Positions 16,260 to 24,809 of a DNA stretch of 60,661 nucleotides are shown here, piece after piece. The stretch spans positions 1 through 60,661 of IMG/VR virus record IMGVR_UViG_3300027659_000037; one strand, given 5' to 3'. The notes beneath the pieces were generated by a model. That model did no database searches, had not been told where the DNA came from, and worked only from the letters and a program-made list of their open reading frames with translations. A program made the translations under genes and the position numbers. Source of the DNA: a virus (Duplodnaviria > Caudoviricetes). Positions within the stretch are counted from its first letter, which is position 1. The number at the start of each line of letters is the position of its first letter.

Positions 16260-16625
16260 AAAAGAGTAGAACAAATGGGGTCGAGTAGAACAGAAAAACC
16301 CTCGTAAGTCCTTGTCAGCATTGAAGAAAAAGTTTTTGTTCTAATGTTCTACGATTTTGAGCATAGGGGTCAGGATTTTGCAGTTTTTCTCAATCGCAAG
16401 ACTTACCTGCTGAGTGCAAAGTTGCAGTCGAAAAAATCGAAATAAAACCGTATCCCCCCTAAAAACCGTAGAACATTAGAACAAGTTTCTTTTCTTTCTT
16501 TCTTTTTTATAAAATAATAATACTTCTCCTTACAAAAAACACAGAAAACCTACTTCAAGTAATACTCGTTTTTGTTCTAACTTTACATAGAAAAATAGAA
16601 CAAGTGGTAGAACATTAGAACAAAC
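16260..16625. other. Putative replication origin (TAGAACA iterons around an AT-rich core)
   Basis: TAGAACATTAGAACAA at 16469 and 16608, inverted at 16336; single copies at 16267, 16286, 16572 (inverted) and 16596; no ORFs; AT-rich stretch 16485-16570. Confidence 0.5.
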
Positions 16626-16652
16626 GCCTTGAATAACTATCTTACCGTATCA

Positions 16653-16758
16653 CTTGTGTTAAATGTATAGTTGTGGTATACTTATATCTGAGTCGAGGAT
16701 GAAACGCTTGCAGGTCGCAAGCACCACGGCTTGTTTAGTGTTCCGTCATCAGACGGAA
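16653..16758 (+). promoter_or_regulatory. Sigma70-type promoter (copy 1) plus downstream palindromic site
   Basis: TTGTGT, 17-bp spacer, TATACT (16677) with extended -10 TG; palindrome at 16741-16758. Confidence 0.75.
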
Positions 16759-16789
16759 CGGATCAATGTCAGACCTTTAGGAGAGAGTC

Positions 16790-17083
16790 ATGAAAATGTT
16801 TTTTGTTGCCCCGATGCTTCCTGCATCCATTGCACGCCCCATCATTCGTTTGCACAAGCCCCGCGTTGCTTACAACCATGCGCAGACAGATCTCACCGAG
16901 ACCATGCGCCGTGATGCGTTGCGCACCGATACGTACTTCAATCAGAATTTAGAGTTCTTGGACAGAGACTACGATTTCGACGAGTTCCAAGACATTGACA
17001 ACGAGCATGAGGGCTTGACCATAACCGAGCCAATGTCCGAGGTCGAGTTGTTCCAGTTCTGCACTGGCTACGACACCATCTAA
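16790..17083 (+). CDS. Hypothetical protein with acidic C-terminus
   Basis: AGGAG RBS. Confidence 0.7.
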   Translation: MKMFFVAPMLPASIARPIIRLHKPRVAYNHAQTDLTETMRRDALRTDTYFNQNLEFLDRDYDFDEFQDIDNEHEGLTITEPMSEVELFQFCTGYDTI

Positions 17084-17094
17084 TTTATTCAGCG

Positions 17095-17112
17095 TTCCGT
17101 CTACGGACGGAA
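17095..17112. promoter_or_regulatory. Palindromic site TTCCGTC-N4-GACGGAA
   Basis: Perfect match, intergenic. Confidence 0.75.
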
Positions 17113-17138
17113 TCAATTCCCTCATCAAGGAGAATCAC

Positions 17139-17504
17139 ATGGGACGTTTCAAAGATATTGCCATCGGCATGGTGGAAGACCACGAACAAGTACAGGGTGA
17201 CTTGTTCATCGACGATGAACTGCGCACGTTGATGCAGAACTTCAAGCCAACAGCAGAGGAACTTCAAGCTGAACTAGATGAACTGCAAGCTCATGCGATG
17301 AGCTTACCAAGTCTTTGTGTTCAGCCTGAGGTGAAAGTTTATTTGCTGATGAAGAACGGTTTCCCTCAGCGCTCATACACGGACAGGGCGTTGGCGTTCT
17401 ACGAGTGCTGGATTTGCACCGAGGGAGACATGCACGCCGAGACACCCGACGACTACTACGTTGTCGAGATCATGCACGACACATCCACTTACACAGGGGA
17501 ATGA
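17139..17504 (+). CDS. Hypothetical protein
   Basis: AAGGAG RBS. Confidence 0.7.
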   Translation: MGRFKDIAIGMVEDHEQVQGDLFIDDELRTLMQNFKPTAEELQAELDELQAHAMSLPSLCVQPEVKVYLLMKNGFPQRSYTDRALAFYECWICTEGDMHAETPDDYYVVEIMHDTSTYTGE

Positions 17505-17505
17505 C

Positions 17506-17718
17506 ATGAAAGTAAGACAGATACGCCGAAGGGCGAAGACCAAGTATGTAACGGAGGCGGGCTTTGCTTTCTTGCGTGGATGCTTTGCCAAGCGATGCCG
17601 TACCTATGAGGCGGGATGTCCCACTTGTGATGAGTGGCGCTTTCGTGACGAGCATGGGCGGTTCGTCTACAACTGGGATGAGTTGCGTAAGTACATGGAC
17701 ACAACGGAGGAAGTATGA
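17506..17718 (+). CDS. Hypothetical Cys-rich protein
   Basis: MKVRQIRRR...KRCRTYEAGCPTCDEW; GGGGA RBS. Confidence 0.6.
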   Translation: MKVRQIRRRAKTKYVTEAGFAFLRGCFAKRCRTYEAGCPTCDEWRFRDEHGRFVYNWDELRKYMDTTEEV

Positions 17719-17963
17719 ATGATTTCTTTTGGAACTACCGCATCGTCAACACAAAGACTGCTAACGGAGGGGAGGATTGGTACTGCATCCAAGAGGTGAT
17801 ATACAACGAGGACGGCAAACCCGAGAGTTATGGCGAGCCTTGCCTTGGGTCAGAGGATATGGAATCCTTTGGCGATGTGTGGCACATGATGCAGGAAGCG
17901 ATGACCTTGCCCCCATTGCAGGAAGAAGATTTTGTCCAACCAACACAGGAGTATTTCGCATGA
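17715..17963 (+). CDS. Hypothetical protein
   Basis: WNYRIV...IQEVIYNEDGKP; GGAGG RBS. Confidence 0.7.
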   Translation: MNDFFWNYRIVNTKTANGGEDWYCIQEVIYNEDGKPESYGEPCLGSEDMESFGDVWHMMQEAMTLPPLQEEDFVQPTQEYFA

Positions 17964-18118
17964 ATCCAATCTATTACATATGCACTGCCGTCATATCTTG
18001 CGGGTTCATCGTGGTGGGGTGGGGTGGCGAGGGCTATCTGCACTACCTGTGCCTGATCTTGGGCGGCGTGGGGTTCGGTGCAACTGTCACCGATGCGTTG
18101 AATTACACAGGAGAGTGA
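17960..18118 (+). CDS. Small two-TM membrane protein
   Basis: AGGAG RBS; two hydrophobic segments. Confidence 0.55.
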   Translation: MNPIYYICTAVISCGFIVVGWGGEGYLHYLCLILGGVGFGATVTDALNYTGE

Positions 18119-18121
18119 GTA

Positions 18122-18301
18122 ATGAATATCACAGTCGAGATCAGGGAGGTCTATGGTCAGTCCAAGATCTACCCAGTGTGTGACAAGGCGCAGACGTTTG
18201 CGCATATCGCAGGGACAACCACGCTACTGCCCCGAGACATCCAACGCATACAGATGTTGGGGTTCGAGGTCTTGGTAAAACAGAAGGAGTTGAAGTTATG
18301 A
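18122..18301 (+). CDS. Hypothetical protein (59 aa, below ORF-track cutoff)
   Basis: MNITVEIREVYGQSKIYPVCDKAQTFAHIAGTTTL...; AGGAG upstream. Confidence 0.65.
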   Translation: MNITVEIREVYGQSKIYPVCDKAQTFAHIAGTTTLLPRDIQRIQMLGFEVLVKQKELKL

Positions 18302-18516
18302 GCAATGACATTCACGAACCAGAGTGCAGGCAATGCGGTGATGAGTATTCCGTCAACAGGTGGAAGCTTGGTTACAAGTTCTGCTTACCATGCGGCGAGC
18401 GTATCGCACAGAAGATCGTGCGCACTGTCGTGCCCATGCACAAGTCCAACTACGTGATGCTGACTGACATGGCTGACTTGAAAGGCATCAACAACAAGGG
18501 AGGGTTTCACAGATGA
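18298..18516 (+). CDS. C4 zinc-finger protein
   Basis: CRQCG-x13-CLPCG (DksA/TraR-like spacing). Confidence 0.65.
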   Translation: MSNDIHEPECRQCGDEYSVNRWKLGYKFCLPCGERIAQKIVRTVVPMHKSNYVMLTDMADLKGINNKGGFHR

Positions 18517-18764
18517 ACCACACACTAACAGATGAGTATCTATCCATTGCAATGACGGAATCAACGATGCGGAGGGCACACATGATTAGCACAGCGAATG
18601 GGGAAACCCTTGAGTCAGAAGCAGAGGAGGCGTTCTATGCCTACCTGACCGAGTTGCAACAGCAAGTAAAGATGCTTGTCGCTGAGGACAGGAAAATCAG
18701 TGCGACCTTGCGTGATGTGTTTCTTGCGGGATACCGCGCGTCAGAAGAAAGGAGATTCAGATGA
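18513..18764 (+). CDS. Hypothetical protein
   Basis: Coupled ORF with GGAGG RBS. Confidence 0.6.
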   Translation: MNHTLTDEYLSIAMTESTMRRAHMISTANGETLESEAEEAFYAYLTELQQQVKMLVAEDRKISATLRDVFLAGYRASEERRFR

Positions 18765-19087
18765 TGTACGGAGATGACATGAGCCACATGGTGTCGGTGT
18801 TCGTGCCGGTGGGCAGGGACAAGCCATGCCTACCATACGATGAATTCATAACTGAGGGAGGGTTTCATCCAAGCTCGTTCGCTGAAAGTTCTGAGTATGG
18901 TCGCCACTTCTATACCAAGTACGAGTTCCCGAACGGCAAGAAGGTGAGCGTGATCTGTGGGGCAATGTTCTATTCACGGACAGATGCCCCATACGAGGTG
19001 ATGTTTGAGGACGAGGACGAACCGTATGGGTATCAGACCGACGAGGAGTTGATGATTCTTTTAGCCAAAGCAATAGGAGATGCGTAA
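18761..19087 (+). CDS. Hypothetical protein
   Basis: YEFPNGKKVSVICG..YS..PYEV motif; AGGAG RBS. Confidence 0.65.
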   Translation: MMYGDDMSHMVSVFVPVGRDKPCLPYDEFITEGGFHPSSFAESSEYGRHFYTKYEFPNGKKVSVICGAMFYSRTDAPYEVMFEDEDEPYGYQTDEELMILLAKAIGDA

Positions 19088-19506
19088 TGGGATATAGATC
19101 AGAGGTGGCATACACCATCAGATTCACAAGCGACGACGAGCGAGCCAAGCAATCGTTTTATACATTCATAGCCGAAGCTAAGGCTAAGGCTGCCACAGCC
19201 CCATGTTTCACTGAGGAACAAAAGAACTGGAATGGAGGTAATGGGTTCATCGTGGACGAGGGACGATTCCGTATTAATTTCTCTGCTGACGATGTGAAGT
19301 GGTATCCCGACTACGACGATGTGAAGTGCCATGAAGCGTTGATAGAGCTTGCCGACGAGTGGGCGAACGACGAGGACAACCATTCCGAGATCGCCTATGT
19401 ATTCGTGCGTATCGGTGAGGAGAACGACGACATTGAGGAGAGGTTAGGCGGAGACTACGACTTTGAATGGGTGCAGGTCAATCGCTCGATCAGTCGAGAC
19501 TGGTAA
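19087..19506 (+). CDS. Hypothetical protein
   Basis: MGYRSEV...DVKWY...FVRIGEENDDIEE motif. Confidence 0.7.
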   Translation: MGYRSEVAYTIRFTSDDERAKQSFYTFIAEAKAKAATAPCFTEEQKNWNGGNGFIVDEGRFRINFSADDVKWYPDYDDVKCHEALIELADEWANDEDNHSEIAYVFVRIGEENDDIEERLGGDYDFEWVQVNRSISRDW

Positions 19507-19546
19507 ATAACTGGCATCTTCTTACGCAACTACTTTGCGTGAGGGT

Positions 19547-19639
19547 CTTGTGTTATATGTATAGTTGTGGTATACTTATAACTGAGTCGGGAATGAAAAT
19601 CATCGACGACTCGAAACAGCGTTCCGTCACCAGACGGAA
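19547..19639 (+). promoter_or_regulatory. Sigma70-type promoter (copy 2) plus downstream palindromic site
   Basis: About 52 bp nearly identical to 16653-16704; palindrome at 19622-19639. Confidence 0.75.
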
Positions 19640-19666
19640 TGAATCATCAATCGAAAAGGAGTTCTC

Positions 19667-20596
19667 ATGAACACAGAGTTATCAAAGCCCAAGCATCTCA
19701 TCAGCTTGGCATCAAGTGCTGTCCTCGTCAGCGTGGATGCGAATGTATGGTCAGCGACCAAGCAAGACCGTGGCATCAGCAATGATGTTGCTGACTCAAA
19801 GCACGCCGATCGCAAGGCGGGCAAGTACGTTAAGAATCTGTTGGCAGATCATCCAAAGCACAAGGCGTTGGTCAACTATCGCCAGACGATTTACAACTGG
19901 GTCAAGCGTCGCACCTATCGTTGGAACAACTCACAGGACTTGTTGCCGAGCATCGACGTGCCTAAGTTCAAGCAGGAGTTCGGCGAGCATAAAGCGTCGT
20001 TCGAGAAACTTCTTGCAGATTTCATTCTGTCCTATGACGGAATCGTAAGTGACATGGCGTTCAAGGCAGGGGGCATGGGCGATATGTTCGATCGGTTGGA
20101 CTATCCTCCCAAGGAAGCATTGGCGGCTAAGTTCGGCGTTGAGCTTTATGTGTCCGAGGTTCCGATGAGTGACTTCCGTTGTGGCATTGCGAATGACATC
20201 GCTGATGATTTGTTTAGTACATACAGCAAGCAAGCCGAGGACATCGTGTCATCCATCGTCAACGAGCAGAAGACAAGGTTCATCGAGGTGATGCAGTCGA
20301 TCAGTCATTGTTGTGGCGTGGACGAGATCGGAGTGGACGACAACACAGGCGAGACCAAGACTCGCAAGCGCAAGATCTACGACACCACAATCCAGAAAGC
20401 GTTGGAGATGTGCGAGACCTTTAAGGGTTTCAACCTAAGCGACGATCCCGAGCTGGAGGTAGCCCGAGCATCGCTTGAGAGAGCATTGGCAGACGTAGAT
20501 GCCAAGAGTATCCGCGAGTCGGACGCAGTGCGTTCAAGTGTGAAGGAGGATGTAGACAGCATCCTCAGTAAGTTCAGTTCTTTTCAGTGTGTTTAA
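19667..20596 (+). CDS. DUF3150-like protein of the AAA+/vWA module
   Basis: LASSAVLVSVDANVWSATKQD...AGKYVKNLL...DYPPKE; sits upstream of the AAA+ ATPase. Confidence 0.55.
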   Translation: MNTELSKPKHLISLASSAVLVSVDANVWSATKQDRGISNDVADSKHADRKAGKYVKNLLADHPKHKALVNYRQTIYNWVKRRTYRWNNSQDLLPSIDVPKFKQEFGEHKASFEKLLADFILSYDGIVSDMAFKAGGMGDMFDRLDYPPKEALAAKFGVELYVSEVPMSDFRCGIANDIADDLFSTYSKQAEDIVSSIVNEQKTRFIEVMQSISHCCGVDEIGVDDNTGETKTRKRKIYDTTIQKALEMCETFKGFNLSDDPELEVARASLERALADVDAKSIRESDAVRSSVKEDVDSILSKFSSFQCV

Positions 20597-20622
20597 TTCA
20601 GTAATCAATCAGGAGTTCCAAA

Positions 20623-21741
20623 ATGAGCAAAGTTTCTTTCGTCAATACCGTGACCATCAACGAACTACGGAAAATAATTCCGCTAATAGCTTCAGATCTG
20701 ACAGTGGTCGTACAGTCAGAACCTGGGTGTGGCAAGACCTCGCTGTTATCCATGATGGCGGTTGACAACGGTGACAAGTGGCGCAGTCCCAAGGATGGCA
20801 CAAACATCGAGGGTGACAAGTACGACTACATCTACGTTGACTGTCCGGTCAAGGACATGAGCGACATAGGTATGACTATCCCCAACCATGCGACCAAGCA
20901 GTTGGAGTACTACGTCGCTGAGTTGTTCAATATGAAAAGCAACAAGCCCAAGGTCATCTTGCTCGACGAGTTGATGAAGTCTCCCAAGCTGATGCAGATC
21001 ATCTATACCCGCCTGATGTTGGAGAGAATGTTAGGTGATGATCCGTTGCCAGACGGAAGCCAAATCATTGCGACGTCGAACAATGCAAGCGATGGCGTGG
21101 GCGATGCGATGTTGGCTCATGCGGCAAACCGTGTGTGTATTGTGCGCATGGCTAAGCCCACAGCTGATGAGTGGTTGCAGTGGGCAACAGCCAATGGAAT
21201 CTCTCGTGTTGTTCGTGCGTTCGTGGCGATGTTCCCGAGGGTGATGGCATCGTATACCGAGGGCGATATGCAGAAAGATAACCCTTACATCTTCAAGCCA
21301 AGCTCAGGTGCGTTGTCGTTCTGTTCCCCTCGTTCGTTGGCGAAGTGCGATGTGATCGTGAAGCATCGTGATGCGATAGGCGAGAACGCAACTATGGTTG
21401 CATTGGCAGGAACGATTGGTGCGTCAGCGGCAGGGGACATGGCGGCATTCATGTCGTTGGAGAAATCATTGACAGATGTCAAGGACATCGTGAAGAACCC
21501 GTTGGGTGTGACCATGCCGAGAGACATATCAGCCCAGTTGATGATTATGTTTCAAGCAGTAGATACATTGGCGACGCAGGATGAGTTGACAGCGTTCATG
21601 GAGTTCGTCGGTCGTATCGACTCAAGCGAAGTGCAAGCAGTGTTCTTCACCATGATGATGCGTAGTCCCAAAGCAGTGCGTCTTGCTCGCAACAATGCAA
21701 AGATCGCTGAGTGGGCTAAGAACAACCACGAATTGTTTTGA
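20623..21741 (+). CDS. MoxR-like AAA+ ATPase
   Basis: Walker A SEPGCGKT, Walker B ILLDE, ATSN sensor, ANR, SPRS. Confidence 0.85.
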   Translation: MSKVSFVNTVTINELRKIIPLIASDLTVVVQSEPGCGKTSLLSMMAVDNGDKWRSPKDGTNIEGDKYDYIYVDCPVKDMSDIGMTIPNHATKQLEYYVAELFNMKSNKPKVILLDELMKSPKLMQIIYTRLMLERMLGDDPLPDGSQIIATSNNASDGVGDAMLAHAANRVCIVRMAKPTADEWLQWATANGISRVVRAFVAMFPRVMASYTEGDMQKDNPYIFKPSSGALSFCSPRSLAKCDVIVKHRDAIGENATMVALAGTIGASAAGDMAAFMSLEKSLTDVKDIVKNPLGVTMPRDISAQLMIMFQAVDTLATQDELTAFMEFVGRIDSSEVQAVFFTMMMRSPKAVRLARNNAKIAEWAKNNHELF

Positions 21742-21753
21742 TAGGGGGGCAAT

Positions 21754-21930
21754 ATGAAACGATGGAAAGGAACACTTGTCGTGTCATACACACAAGATTT
21801 GGAAGTCGAAGCCGAGACGCAAGCCGAGGCTGAAGAATTGATGCGAGAAGCATTTGACCCAACACGATGCCATAACACCGCCGAGTGCCAAGCATACGAT
21901 GTTGAAGAAATAACAATGAGGGTTGAATGA
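21754..21930 (+). CDS. Hypothetical protein (58 aa)
   Basis: MKRWKGTLVVSYTQDLEVEAETQAEAEE..., read by hand. Confidence 0.55.
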   Translation: MKRWKGTLVVSYTQDLEVEAETQAEAEELMREAFDPTRCHNTAECQAYDVEEITMRVE

Positions 21931-22124
21931 TGATAACTTTTACTGAGTTGGAGTTGGTGTTGCTGATTGCGTTTGGTGTGATGACGTTCTATTTTTTCAG
22001 ACTCAAGGCTGAGTTGTATATGCACAGGCGTGTAGTAGCAGAGATGTTCATGCGTATTGCCAAGGGCAATGTGAAGGTTACCCAGACTGATGATGGCTTT
22101 GACTTTGAGGACATCAAGTCATGA
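21927..22124 (+). CDS. Small membrane-anchored protein
   Basis: N-terminal TM segment. Confidence 0.6.
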   Translation: MMITFTELELVLLIAFGVMTFYFFRLKAELYMHRRVVAEMFMRIAKGNVKVTQTDDGFDFEDIKS

Positions 22125-22207
22125 GTGAAACAAAGTGGTTGACCGTCGTCTATGTGTTGGCGATGGTTGTTCTTGTGTTAGATATATTTTATTGGAGAGC
22201 GATATGA
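22121..22207 (+). CDS. 28-aa single-TM peptide
   Basis: MSETKWLTVVYVLAMVVLVLDIFYWRAI; ATGA overlaps at both ends. Confidence 0.5.
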   Translation: MSETKWLTVVYVLAMVVLVLDIFYWRAI

Positions 22208-23484
22208 GCAAGCAAGAAACGCGTGTTAAGAAGGCGCACATTGCGCTGATGAAACACCCAGAGACAGCGTTGTACTCAGGCGTGATGTTGATGGGGTACA
22301 GCAAGGTCGTGGATGAAGGATGTCCTACGGCATACACCGATGGTATCAACAAGGTATACGGTCGCAAGTTCTTGGAGGGTGTCGATACCGAGCCGAAGGT
22401 GCGTGGCTTGATACTGCATGAGAACCTGCATGTGGCGTTGAAGCAATTACCAAGAGGTAAGGATATGTTTGACGAGAACCAAAAGATGGCGAACATTGCC
22501 GCTGACTTTGTGGTGAACGGCATCATTGAGAACATCAAAGGCACAGTCAATGGGTCGAGTGAGCGTATCGTGGACTTGCCTGATGGTGGTGTGTTTGACC
22601 CCATGTTCGACAACTGGTCAATGCGTGAGGTATACAACTACCTCAAGAAGAACTGCAAAGGCGGTGGCAAGGGCAACGGTCAAGGTGGCAAGGGAGGTGG
22701 TCAAGGTAACGTTCCGTCAGGGGGCGGAAACGAAGATGGCGATGGAGACACTATCACCATCAATGGCAAGACCTATGATCTTTCTAACTCAGACCAACAT
22801 GATCTCGGCAACCTGAAAGATCTTACGCATGAGCAGGTCAAAGAGATCAACGATTCAATTGATCGTGCGTTGCGTGAGGGCGGGATGTTAGCAGGTCGTA
22901 TGGGTGCGAAAGTACCCCGAGCTATCTCTGACTTACTCGAACCCAAGATTGATTGGCGTGATGCGTTGAGAGACTTTGTAGCGAGTGCCATCAAGGGCAA
23001 GGATGAGTTCACATGGCGCAAGCTGAACAAGCGTCACATGGCTAATGACATCTACTTACCAAGCATGGAGAACGAGACGATCGGCGAGGTGGTCGTCGCC
23101 ATTGACACATCAGGGTCGATCGGCAGTGCGCAGATTACCGAGTTTGCGACAGAACTGGTCTCTATTTGCGATCTTTGTTCACCTGACAAAGTGCGTGTTC
23201 TGTGGTGGGACACCGATGTGCATGGTGAGCAAGTGTTCGAGGGTGACTACAAAGGCATTGCTCAGATGCTTAAGCCAATGGGTGGGGGTGGTACTCATGT
23301 GTCATGCGTCAACGATTACATCAACGAGCAAAAGATCAATGCCGAGTGCGTGATCGTGTTCACTGATGGCTACGTCGAGAATGACATCACGTGGAACATT
23401 CATAGTCCAACCCTGTGGATGGTGACACAGTGCAAATCGTTCGAGCCGCCTGTTGGCAAGTTGGTGAAGTTCGGTGAAGACTGA
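22204..23484 (+). CDS. vWA-domain metallopeptidase-like protein (DUF2201-like)
   Basis: PTAYTDG, HENLH (HExxH), NIAADFVVN, MIDAS DTSGS, GGGGT, FTDGY. Confidence 0.85.
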   Translation: MSKQETRVKKAHIALMKHPETALYSGVMLMGYSKVVDEGCPTAYTDGINKVYGRKFLEGVDTEPKVRGLILHENLHVALKQLPRGKDMFDENQKMANIAADFVVNGIIENIKGTVNGSSERIVDLPDGGVFDPMFDNWSMREVYNYLKKNCKGGGKGNGQGGKGGGQGNVPSGGGNEDGDGDTITINGKTYDLSNSDQHDLGNLKDLTHEQVKEINDSIDRALREGGMLAGRMGAKVPRAISDLLEPKIDWRDALRDFVASAIKGKDEFTWRKLNKRHMANDIYLPSMENETIGEVVVAIDTSGSIGSAQITEFATELVSICDLCSPDKVRVLWWDTDVHGEQVFEGDYKGIAQMLKPMGGGGTHVSCVNDYINEQKINAECVIVFTDGYVENDITWNIHSPTLWMVTQCKSFEPPVGKLVKFGED

Positions 23485-23821
23485 AGACCTATTCAAAGAT
23501 TACTCTTGGAAAAGGGTAACTTACTACAACGGTGTAGAAGACGTGACGTTGGTGTTCACCCATAAGCTTGAATCGCTTATCTTTCAAGCAAACAGAGCAC
23601 CGAAGTTGAATAGCGCCTATGGTAGAGGAGAGGAGGTGATTGTGCGTCATCGTATGTCCAAGGAGATAGCAGAGGAACTCTTGATTGACATGGGGGATTC
23701 TGCTTTCGTCTACTGTTTGGAGAGGATAGAGAACAACGCACAGAATTCACGACTGTGGCGGGATGTGTTGTTATGGCTAGGTGAAGAATCAACTAAAGGA
23801 GAAAGCAATGAGAGGATTTGA
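23474..23821 (+). CDS. Hypothetical protein
   Basis: ORF filling the gap with overlaps. Confidence 0.5.
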   Translation: MKTEDLFKDYSWKRVTYYNGVEDVTLVFTHKLESLIFQANRAPKLNSAYGRGEEVIVRHRMSKEIAEELLIDMGDSAFVYCLERIENNAQNSRLWRDVLLWLGEESTKGESNERI

Positions 23822-24788
23822 TTACAAGCGTTTAGAGCAGATCACGAAGATAGAGAAGCCGTTTCGTGGTACGACCAATCGGTTTCCAATCGGGAGTCGT
23901 AGGCGTAATCTTCAGAATTTCTACGTCAGGGAAGAGAATGGCGTAAAAGTATTTGACATAACGTGTGGGACTCGTTGGAACACAGTTGAGCTTACTAAGG
24001 AAGAATACGATGCGGGAATCGCAAGGTGCGAGAAGAACCTACATGAGTACACATACGACGCGAGTGCGGGTACTAAGTACGTCAGGTATGAGCATCCTAT
24101 CCATGTCTTAGGTACTGTGTACCCCGAGTACTTTCAATTCACTGCCGAGGGCAACTACCCCTATGGGCAAGGCGAGAAGAAGTTCCTTAGCGATGCCACT
24201 AGCGGATGGTTTAAGAACGACTCACGCAGGGGTGGGATGGTGTGGTCGATTGGGCGCAGTGATGCTTGGCGCGTGATGCCGATCTTCAAGAACATGAGAG
24301 TAACAACCGATCAGGCTATGCGCTCGCTTGATGAGTATTCCGTCATCGGGCGGAAAGTCAATCGCAAAGTGGGTAAAGAGGTTCTTGCAGGATACGAACA
24401 CTTCTACAAGGTAAGCGAGACCATGTGCAAGGCGATGGACAGAGAAGCGTTCTTGCGTACAGCTAAGGAAGTTCTTGAAGAACATAGGGACGATACCGAC
24501 TTTGAAGTAGCTGACGAATTGCGAGATCAAGCACCACTTGATGCAATGATTCTTTATGCGTCAGCGTTGGGTGTCGGAAGGATTCAAGATCAGATCGTCC
24601 ACCCTAACTGGCATCGGTCTGAACCGCATGAAATCTTTGAGAATCTTAAGCGACACATGAACAACAGAATCTACAAAGAACATCCCGAAGTGTTCAAGCT
24701 TGTGCGGTATGGGACGGATGAGAAGTATCCGCCGAGCGTGTGGGGGTACGAAGTCGAGGTCAATGGCGAGATTGTTCAGCAGTATTAA
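23808..24788 (+). CDS. Hypothetical protein
   Basis: Long ORF; AAGGAG RBS before ATG 23808. Confidence 0.75.
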   Translation: MRGFDYKRLEQITKIEKPFRGTTNRFPIGSRRRNLQNFYVREENGVKVFDITCGTRWNTVELTKEEYDAGIARCEKNLHEYTYDASAGTKYVRYEHPIHVLGTVYPEYFQFTAEGNYPYGQGEKKFLSDATSGWFKNDSRRGGMVWSIGRSDAWRVMPIFKNMRVTTDQAMRSLDEYSVIGRKVNRKVGKEVLAGYEHFYKVSETMCKAMDREAFLRTAKEVLEEHRDDTDFEVADELRDQAPLDAMILYASALGVGRIQDQIVHPNWHRSEPHEIFENLKRHMNNRIYKEHPEVFKLVRYGTDEKYPPSVWGYEVEVNGEIVQQY

Positions 24789-24809
24789 TCAACGAAAGGG
24801 AGAGAGATC

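Noticed and set aside
16336-16623. LexA (SOS) boxes from GAAC/GTTC repeats
   Set aside because: Spacing is GAAC-N4-GAAC, matching neither GTTC-N7-GTTC nor GAAC-N4-GTTC nor CTGT-N8-ACAG.
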